Part shown: positions 57,424-64,000 of the stretch, one piece after another
How positions within the stretch are numbered: the stretch's first letter is position 1
Layout: each line of letters opens with the position of its first letter
Origin: Pseudomonas sp.
GTDB taxonomy: Bacteria; Pseudomonadota; Gammaproteobacteria; Pseudomonadales; Pseudomonadaceae
Strand: one strand, 5' to 3'
Length of the DNA stretch: 64,000 bases
Assembly (NCBI RefSeq): GCF_030603065.1
Contig: NZ_JAUVYN010000002.1
The notes under the pieces: model-generated
Told to the model about the DNA's origin: nothing
The model's database searches: none
The model's input: the letters and a program-made list of their open reading frames with translations, nothing else
Translations under genes and position numbers: made by a program

Positions 57424-57816
57424 ATGAGTGTGAATATAGCCGTGAATAGCAAAAGACCTGTCAACCTGGACCTCAGGACAATCAAACTTCCTGTCACAGC
57501 CTATTCGTCTATTGCTCACCGCATTTCGGGTGTCGTTCTGTTCATCGCCATTGCAGGTCTGCTTTGGTTGCTGGACAGCTCGTTGTCTTCGGAAAGCGGC
57601 TTTGAGCAAGTCGGGGCACTACTCCAGCACCCGCTGGCCAAGCTGATCCTGTGGGGTGTTCTTTCCGCCCTGCTTTATCACCTGGTTGCGGGCATTCGCC
57701 ATCTGTTCATGGATGCCGGAGTGGGTGAAGGGCTCGAGAGCGGGCTGCTCGGCGCGAAGATCGTGCTGATCGTTTCCGCGGTACTGATTGTTCTCCTGGG
57801 GGTATGGATATGGTAA
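57424..57816 (+). CDS. sdhC: Succinate dehydrogenase cytochrome b556 subunit
   Basis: The sequence RPVNLDLRTIKLPVTAYSSIAHRISGV is the canonical SdhC N-terminus. It has 3 TM segments. The start is uncertain (ATG 57424 or GTG 57442). Confidence 0.85.
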   Translation: MSVNIAVNSKRPVNLDLRTIKLPVTAYSSIAHRISGVVLFIAIAGLLWLLDSSLSSESGFEQVGALLQHPLAKLILWGVLSALLYHLVAGIRHLFMDAGVGEGLESGLLGAKIVLIVSAVLIVLLGVWIW

Positions 57817-58178
57817 CCAGCGTCACCAACCTGTCTCGTAGCGGCCTTTATGACTGGATGGCGCAGCGTGTTTCCGCCGTTCTGCTCGCAGCCTATACGC
57901 TTTTCCTGCTTGGCTGGTTTCTTGCCAATCCGGGCCTTACCTACGAGGACTGGGTCGGTCTGTTCAGCCAGAACTGGATGCGGATCTTCAGTCTGCTTAC
58001 GCTTGTGGCCCTGAGCGTACATGCCTGGGTCGGAATGTGGACCATTTCTACTGACTATCTGACTCCGATGGCCATGGGCAAGTCGGCTACCGTCGTTCGC
58101 TTCCTGTTTCAGGCGGCCTGCGGCCTGCTGATGTTTGTCCTGTTTGTCTGGGGCGTTCAGATTCTTTGGGGTATCTAA
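57810..58178 (+). CDS. sdhD: Succinate dehydrogenase hydrophobic membrane anchor subunit
   Basis: The N-terminus is MVTSVTNLSRSGLYDWMAQRVSAV. 122 aa. An ATGGTAA overlap links it to the sdhC stop. Confidence 0.88.
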   Translation: MVTSVTNLSRSGLYDWMAQRVSAVLLAAYTLFLLGWFLANPGLTYEDWVGLFSQNWMRIFSLLTLVALSVHAWVGMWTISTDYLTPMAMGKSATVVRFLFQAACGLLMFVLFVWGVQILWGI

Positions 58179-59951
58179 ATGGCTAGCATTCGTACACTGA
58201 CTTTTGACGCCATCATCATTGGTGGCGGCGGCGCCGGCATGCGCGCTGCGCTGCAACTGGCTCAGGGTGGTCACAAGACCGCCGTGGTTACCAAGGTATT
58301 CCCGACCCGTTCGCACACCGTTTCGGCGCAGGGCGGTATCACCTGTGCAATCGCATCAGCCGATCCGAATGACGACTGGCGCTGGCATATGTATGACACC
58401 GTCAAGGGCTCCGACTATATCGGTGACCAGGACGCGATCGAGTACATGTGTTCCGTAGGCCCCGAGGCCGTCTTCGAACTCGAGCACATGGGCCTGCCGT
58501 TCTCCCGTACCGAGCAGGGCCGCATCTATCAGCGCCCCTTCGGCGGCCAGTCCAAGGGCCCGGACAACCCGACCCAGGCAGCCCGTACCTGCGCTGCGGC
58601 CGACCGTACCGGTCACGCTCTGCTGCATACGCTGTATCAGAACAACGTCAAGCACAACACCACCTTCCTTAATGAGTGGTATGCGGTCGACCTGGTGAAG
58701 AACCAGGACGGTGCGGTAGTCGGCGTCATCGCCATCTGCATCGAGACCGGCGAGACCGTCTACATCCGTTCCAAGGCCACCGTACTGGCTACTGGTGGTG
58801 CTGGCCGTATCTACGCCTCCACTACCAACGCCCTGATCAACACCGGCGACGGTGTGGGCATGGCTCTGCGCGCTGGCGTGCCGGTGCAGGATATCGAAAT
58901 GTGGCAGTTCCACCCGACCGGTATCGCCGGCGCGGGCACCCTGGTGACCGAAGGTTGCCGTGGTGAAGGTGGCTATCTGATCAACAAGCACGGCGAGCGC
59001 TTCATGGAGCGTTATGCGCCCAACGCCAAGGACCTGGCAGGCCGCGACGTCGTAGCCCGTTCCATGGTCAAGGAAATCATCGCCGGCAACGGCTGCGGTC
59101 CCGATGGCGATCACGTGATGCTCAAGCTCGACCACCTGGGCGAAGAAGTTCTGCACAGCCGTCTGCCGGGCATCTGCGAACTGTCCAAGACCTTCGCCCA
59201 TGTCGACCCCGTGGTTGCGCCGATCCCCGTCGTTCCGACTTGCCATTACATGATGGGCGGCATCGCCACCAACATTCATGGCCAGGCGATCACCCAGGAC
59301 GCGCAGGGCAACGACAAGATCGTCGAAGGTCTGTTCGCAGTAGGCGAAGTGGCCTGCGTATCGGTCCATGGCGCCAACCGCCTGGGCGGCAACTCGCTGC
59401 TCGACCTGGTCGTGTTCGGCCGTGCTGCCGGTCTGCATCTGGAAAGCGCTCTGAAGGAAGGCATCGAGTACCGCGGCGCCTCCGAGTCCGACATCGACGC
59501 CTCCCTGGCGCGCCTGTCCGGTCTCAACGAGCGCGCTACCGGTGAAGACGTTGCGCCGCTGCGCAAGGAACTGCAGCAGTGCATGCAGAACTACTTCGGT
59601 GTATTCCGTACCGGCGAATACATGCAGAAAGGCATCAAGCAACTGGCTGACCTGCGCGAGCGTATCGCCAGCGTCAAGATCAATGACAAGAGCCAGGCGT
59701 TCAATACTGCGCGTATCGAAGCGCTGGAACTGCAGAACCTGCTCGAGGTTGCCGAGGCCACCGCGATCGCCGCCGAGGCCCGTACCGAAAGCCGTGGCGC
59801 CCACGCGCGCGAAGACTACGAGGATCGGGACGACGTAAACTGGCTGTGCCACAGCCTGTACATGCCCGAGACCAAGCAGCTTGGCAAGCGTGCGGTCAAT
59901 TTCGCGCCCAAGACCGTTCCGGCATTTGAACCTAAAGTGCGTACCTACTAA
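58179..59951 (+). CDS. sdhA: Succinate dehydrogenase flavoprotein subunit
   Basis: The FAD motif is [16 protein letters not shown]. The covalent-FAD histidine region is [10 protein letters not shown]. 590 aa. Confidence 0.95.
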   Translation: MASIRTLTFDAIIIGGGGAGMRAALQLAQGGHKTAVVTKVFPTRSHTVSAQGGITCAIASADPNDDWRWHMYDTVKGSDYIGDQDAIEYMCSVGPEAVFELEHMGLPFSRTEQGRIYQRPFGGQSKGPDNPTQAARTCAAADRTGHALLHTLYQNNVKHNTTFLNEWYAVDLVKNQDGAVVGVIAICIETGETVYIRSKATVLATGGAGRIYASTTNALINTGDGVGMALRAGVPVQDIEMWQFHPTGIAGAGTLVTEGCRGEGGYLINKHGERFMERYAPNAKDLAGRDVVARSMVKEIIAGNGCGPDGDHVMLKLDHLGEEVLHSRLPGICELSKTFAHVDPVVAPIPVVPTCHYMMGGIATNIHGQAITQDAQGNDKIVEGLFAVGEVACVSVHGANRLGGNSLLDLVVFGRAAGLHLESALKEGIEYRGASESDIDASLARLSGLNERATGEDVAPLRKELQQCMQNYFGVFRTGEYMQKGIKQLADLRERIASVKINDKSQAFNTARIEALELQNLLEVAEATAIAAEARTESRGAHAREDYEDRDDVNWLCHSLYMPETKQLGKRAVNFAPKTVPAFEPKVRTY

Positions 59952-59962
59952 GGGTGACAGAT

Positions 59963-60667
59963 ATGTTGCAAGTAAGTGTCTATCGCTACAACCCGGAGAC
60001 CGACAAGGCTCCGTACATGCAGGATTTCCAGGTTGATACCGGTGGCAAGGACGTCATGGTTCTGGACGTGCTCGCGTTGGTCAAGGAGCAGGACGTGGGC
60101 ATGGCCTATCGCCGCTCCTGCCGCGAAGGGGTATGCGGCTCCGATGGCATGAACATCAATGGCAAGAACGGCCTGGCATGCATCACTCCGCTGTCCGCGG
60201 TGGTGAAGAACAACAAGCTGGTTCTGCGTCCGTTGCCCGGATTGCCGGTCATCCGTGACCTGGTGGTCGATATGAGCATCTTCTACAAGCAATACGAGAA
60301 GGTGCAGCCCTATCTGCAGAACGATACGCCGGCTCCGGCCATCGAACGTTTGCAGACTCCCGAAGAGCGGGAAAAGCTGGATGGTCTGTACGAGTGCATT
60401 CTGTGCGCCTGCTGCTCGACCTCCTGCCCCTCGTTCTGGTGGAACCCGGACAAGTTCATCGGCCCGGCCGGTCTGTTGCAGGCTTACCGCTTCCTGGCGG
60501 ACAGCCGCGACACCAAGACCGAAGAGCGTCTGGCCTCGCTGGATGACCCGTTCAGCGTGTTCCGCTGCCGCGGGATCATGAACTGCGTGAACGTCTGTCC
60601 GAAGGGTTTGAACCCGACTCGTGCCATTGGTCATATCCGTAACATGCTGCTGCAGAGCGGAACCTGA
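59963..60667 (+). CDS. sdhB: Succinate dehydrogenase iron-sulfur subunit
   Basis: Three Fe-S cluster motifs are present: CREGVCGSDGMNING, CILCACCSTSCP and CRGIMNCVNVCP. Confidence 0.93.
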   Translation: MLQVSVYRYNPETDKAPYMQDFQVDTGGKDVMVLDVLALVKEQDVGMAYRRSCREGVCGSDGMNINGKNGLACITPLSAVVKNNKLVLRPLPGLPVIRDLVVDMSIFYKQYEKVQPYLQNDTPAPAIERLQTPEEREKLDGLYECILCACCSTSCPSFWWNPDKFIGPAGLLQAYRFLADSRDTKTEERLASLDDPFSVFRCRGIMNCVNVCPKGLNPTRAIGHIRNMLLQSGT

Positions 60668-60702
60668 GCGGAGTCTGATCAGTAGCACCATTGCGTTGAA
60701 TG

Positions 60703-60744
60703 CTGTACCTGCCGGCCACCGTACAGGTGGCCGGACAGAATTTT
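60703..60744 (+). terminator. Terminator/attenuator-like hairpin downstream of sdhB
   Basis: A 9-bp GC-rich stem (CCGGCCACC-gtaca-GGTGGCCGG) is extended by CTGT/ACAG and followed by aaTTTTg. It lies about 35 nt after the sdhB stop. Confidence 0.4.
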
Positions 60745-60984
60745 GAATCGAGCCGCAGCCCACAAAGCCGCGGCTTGTACGTAGCTAAACCAACAGGGGC
60801 AATCGGGTAACACCCGAACTATCTGTCGGGGCCGGCAATTTTCCGGTTTCGCAGGATATGCCATGCGGTGAGCGGCAGGGACAATGCCGCGATCCTTCTC
60901 TGCATGTTCTGCCCGGATGGCAGCGTCATTGCCAATTAATGGTCTTTGCGCCAGGTGGTGTCCCCTTTATGAGGGTGACCAAGC

Positions 60985-63822
60985 ATGCCAGACAGCGAAA
61001 TGCAGCAGCTGTGGAGCACATCCCATCTTTCCGGTGGGAATGCCTCCTATGTTGAAGAGCTTTATGAGCTCTATCTGCACGATCCGAACAGTGTTGCCGA
61101 GGAGTGGCGGACTTATTTTCAAAAGCTCCCTCAGGTAAACGGCCATTCGGCCTCGGATGTTTCCCATTCCACGATCCGCGAGCACTTTCTTTCCCTCGCT
61201 CGCAGCGGCCGTCGGCCACAGGCCGCCGCAGGTGGTCAGGTATCCAGCGAGCACGAGAAAAAGCAGGTGGACGTACTGCGTCTGATCCAGGCTTTCCGTA
61301 TGCGCGGTCATCAGGCTTCGCAGCTCGATCCGCTGGGCCTGTGGGTTCGGGAACAGATCGCTGACCTCACCCTTGACGACTACGGCCTGACCGCAGCCGA
61401 TCTGGATACCGTGTTCCGCACTGGCGAACTCAAGATCGGCAAGGAAGAAGCCACCCTGCGCGAGATCCTCGAAGCGCTGCAGTCCACTTACTGCTCCACC
61501 TTCGGCGCTGAGTACATGCACATCGTCGACTCCACGCAGCGCCGCTGGTTCCAGCAGCGCCTGGAGAGCGTGCGGGGGCGTCCCCAGCATTCGGCCGAGG
61601 CACGCAAGCACCTGCTCGAGCGTCTGACCGCTGCCGAGGGACTGGAGAAGTATCTGGGTACCAAGTACCCCGGAACCAAGCGTTTCGGTGCCGAAGGCGC
61701 CGAGAGCCTGATCCCCATGCTTGACGAGATCATCCAGCGCGCCGGCTCCTACGGCACTCAGGAAGTGGTTCTGGGCATGGCCCATCGTGGTCGCCTGAAC
61801 GTTCTGGTCAATACGCTGGGCAAGAACCCGCGTGAACTGTTCGACGAGTTCGAAGGCAAGAAGACCTTCGACCTGGGTTCCGGTGATGTGAAGTACCACC
61901 AGGGCTTCTCGTCCAACGTCATGACCGCCGGTGGCGAGGTTCACCTGGCGCTCGCATTCAATCCGTCGCACCTGGAAATCGTGTCTCCGGTGGTCGAAGG
62001 CTCGGTACGTGCCCGTCAGGACCGTCGCAAGGACACCAGCGGCGACAAGGTGCTGCCGATCAGCATTCACGGCGATGCGGCCTTCGCTGGTCAGGGTGTG
62101 GTCATGGAAACCTTCCAGATGTCCCAGACCCGGGCCTACAAGACCGGCGGGACCATCCATATCATCGTCAACAACCAGGTCGGCTTCACCACCAGCAAGC
62201 AGGAAGACGCGCGCTCCACCGAGTATGCGACCGACGTTGCCAAGATGATTCAGGCGCCGATCCTGCACGTGAACGGCGACGATCCCGAGGCGGTGCTGTT
62301 CGTCACCCAGATTGCCGTCGACTATCGCATGCAGTTCAAGCGCGACGTGGTCATCGACCTGGTCTGCTACCGTCGTCGCGGTCACAACGAGGCGGACGAG
62401 CCCTCCGGCACCCAGCCGCTGATGTACGAGAAGATCAGCAAGCTTGCCACAACCCGCGAAATCTACGCGGAACGCCTGACCTCGGCTGGCGTTCTGGGCA
62501 GCGATGATGCCCAGCGCATGATCGAGGAATACCGTACCGCGCTGGATAACGGTGACCATGTGGTAAAGAGCCTGGTCAAGGAGCCGGATCGCAGCTCGTT
62601 CGTGGATTGGTCGCCTTACCTGGGCCACAAGTGGACTGCACGCCACGACACCCGTTTTGACCTGAAGACTCTGCAGGATCTGGCCAACCGCCTGCTGGAC
62701 CTGCCGGATGGCCTGGTCGTTCAGCGTCAGACAGCCAAGATTCTCGAGGATCGTCGCAAGATGGCCGCGGGAGCGCTGGCCCTCAACTGGGGTTTCGCCG
62801 AGACGATGGCCTACGCAACGTTGCTCCACGAAGGGCATCCGGTGCGTATTTCCGGTCAGGACGTCGGCCGTGGTACCTTCTCACACCGCCATGCGGTACT
62901 GCACAACCAGAAGGACGGCGAGAGCTACACGCCTCTCAAGCACCTGGCGGAGAACCAGCCGCGGTTCGATATCTACGACTCGCTGCTTTCCGAAGAGGCG
63001 GTACTTGCCTTCGAATACGGCTACGCGACTACCACGCCGAACGCGCTGGTTGTCTGGGAGGCCCAGTTCGGTGATTTCGCCAACGGCGCGCAGGTCGTGA
63101 TCGACCAGTTCATTACCAGCGGCGAGCACAAGTGGGGCCGCCTGTGTGGTTTGACCATGCTGCTGCCGCATGGCTATGAAGGGCAGGGCCCGGAGCATTC
63201 CTCCGCCCGCCTGGAGCGCTTCCTGCAGCTGTGTGCCGAGCACAACATTCAGGTCTGCGTACCGACCACGCCAGCGCAGGTTTACCACATGCTGCGTCGT
63301 CAGGTGATACGTCCGCTGCGCAAGCCGCTCATCGCGCTCACGCCCAAGTCTCTGCTGCGTCACAAGCTGGCCATCTCCAGCCTGGAAGATCTGTCGGAAG
63401 GTTCCTTCCATACCGTGATCCCGGAAGTGGATACCCTTGATCCGAAGAAGGTCGAGCGTGTCATCATGTGTAGCGGCAAGGTCTATTACGATCTGCTCGA
63501 GAAGCGTCGGGCCGAGGGCAACGAGACGGCAGCCATCATTCGTATCGAACAGCTGTATCCGTTCCCGGAAGACGATCTCAGCGAGATCCTTGCGCCGTAC
63601 ACCAAGCTGAAGAAGGTCATCTGGTGTCAGGAAGAGCCGATGAACCAGGGCGCCTGGTACTGCAGCCAGCATCACATGCGCCGCGTGATCGCGCAGCACT
63701 CGGTAAAGAATCTGTATCTCGACTACGCTGGTCGGGAGGCGTCGGCTGCGCCGGCTGGCGGTTATCCGTCCAAGCACGCCGAAGAACAGGAAAAACTCCT
63801 GCAAGATGCTTTCACCATTTAA
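60985..63822 (+). CDS. sucA: 2-oxoglutarate dehydrogenase E1 component
   Basis: The N-terminus is LSGGNASYVEELYELYLHDPNSV. The ThDP region is GDAAFAGQGVV. 945 aa. Confidence 0.95.
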   Translation: MPDSEMQQLWSTSHLSGGNASYVEELYELYLHDPNSVAEEWRTYFQKLPQVNGHSASDVSHSTIREHFLSLARSGRRPQAAAGGQVSSEHEKKQVDVLRLIQAFRMRGHQASQLDPLGLWVREQIADLTLDDYGLTAADLDTVFRTGELKIGKEEATLREILEALQSTYCSTFGAEYMHIVDSTQRRWFQQRLESVRGRPQHSAEARKHLLERLTAAEGLEKYLGTKYPGTKRFGAEGAESLIPMLDEIIQRAGSYGTQEVVLGMAHRGRLNVLVNTLGKNPRELFDEFEGKKTFDLGSGDVKYHQGFSSNVMTAGGEVHLALAFNPSHLEIVSPVVEGSVRARQDRRKDTSGDKVLPISIHGDAAFAGQGVVMETFQMSQTRAYKTGGTIHIIVNNQVGFTTSKQEDARSTEYATDVAKMIQAPILHVNGDDPEAVLFVTQIAVDYRMQFKRDVVIDLVCYRRRGHNEADEPSGTQPLMYEKISKLATTREIYAERLTSAGVLGSDDAQRMIEEYRTALDNGDHVVKSLVKEPDRSSFVDWSPYLGHKWTARHDTRFDLKTLQDLANRLLDLPDGLVVQRQTAKILEDRRKMAAGALALNWGFAETMAYATLLHEGHPVRISGQDVGRGTFSHRHAVLHNQKDGESYTPLKHLAENQPRFDIYDSLLSEEAVLAFEYGYATTTPNALVVWEAQFGDFANGAQVVIDQFITSGEHKWGRLCGLTMLLPHGYEGQGPEHSSARLERFLQLCAEHNIQVCVPTTPAQVYHMLRRQVIRPLRKPLIALTPKSLLRHKLAISSLEDLSEGSFHTVIPEVDTLDPKKVERVIMCSGKVYYDLLEKRRAEGNETAAIIRIEQLYPFPEDDLSEILAPYTKLKKVIWCQEEPMNQGAWYCSQHHMRRVIAQHSVKNLYLDYAGREASAAPAGGYPSKHAEEQEKLLQDAFTI

Positions 63823-63860
63823 GCCTCCGGCAGACAACAAAGAATCGATAAGGATCGACA

Positions 63861-64000
63861 ATGGCTATTGAAATCAAAGCCCCAACCTTCCCCGAATCCG
63901 TTGCCGACGGTACCGTTGCGACCTGGCACAAGAAGCCTGGCGATGCCGTGAAGCGTGACGAGCTGGTGGTCGACATCGAGACCGACAAGGTCGTGCTCGA
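63861..64000 (+). CDS. sucB: Dihydrolipoyllysine-residue succinyltransferase (E2o), N-terminal fragment running off the window
   Basis: The sequence MAIEIKAPTFPESVADGTVATWHKKPGDAV.RDELVVDIETDKVVL is a lipoyl domain with the DIETDKV lipoyl-lysine motif. Confidence 0.9.
   Translation, partial: MAIEIKAPTFPESVADGTVATWHKKPGDAVKRDELVVDIETDKVVL

Noticed and set aside
55799-63861. Long antisense ORFs across the TCA cluster: 378 aa opposite gltA, 498 aa opposite sdhA, and 623 aa plus 326 aa opposite sucA.
   Set aside because: Each lies entirely within an unambiguous, highly conserved housekeeping gene on the other strand. None has a recognisable domain. They are a GC-driven lack of stop codons.

Overview
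The window looks like a chromosomal segment from a high-GC (roughly 60-65% by eye) Pseudomonas-like gammaproteobacterium. It is almost entirely core housekeeping genome, densely coded on both strands. I call about 58 CDSs. They run from a metE 3' fragment through rlmM, tusA, a MATE pump, epmC, pdxB, htpX, an aminotransferase, msrB, a SagS-like hybrid kinase, fadE, an ABC-2 exporter, queF and mlaA. They continue through a response-regulator/PP2C plus STAS pair, tal, dusA, an ArsM-like methyltransferase, an EmrAB-type pump with a LysR regulator, gltX, an Orn/Lys/Arg decarboxylase and ppnP. The window ends with gltA, sdhCDAB, sucA and the 5' end of sucB. There are five tRNA genes in two operons (Glu-Gly and Ala-Glu-Ala). 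Each operon has a near-consensus sigma70 promoter and an intrinsic terminator. I see no rRNA, CRISPR array, integrase, transposase or prophage genes. Gene order partly resembles, from memory, the P. aeruginosa PA2830-PA2776 region. Four regions deserve a second look. (1) A translationally coupled FAN1-like VRR-NUC nuclease plus a PD-(D/E)XK-fused Fe-S XPD/DinG-type helicase, with a half-consensus LexA-like box upstream. (2) A stand-alone lipoprotein C39-like cysteine peptidase-TPR protein tightly coupled to a small signal-peptide/TM protein, an uncharacterised pair. (3) An RND permease - adaptor - RND permease operon with two very similar permease paralogues and no outer-membrane factor gene. 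(4) A phosphoribosyltransferase-HAD phosphatase fusion next to a tRNA cluster. All homology calls rest on motif recognition by eye; no searches were run.
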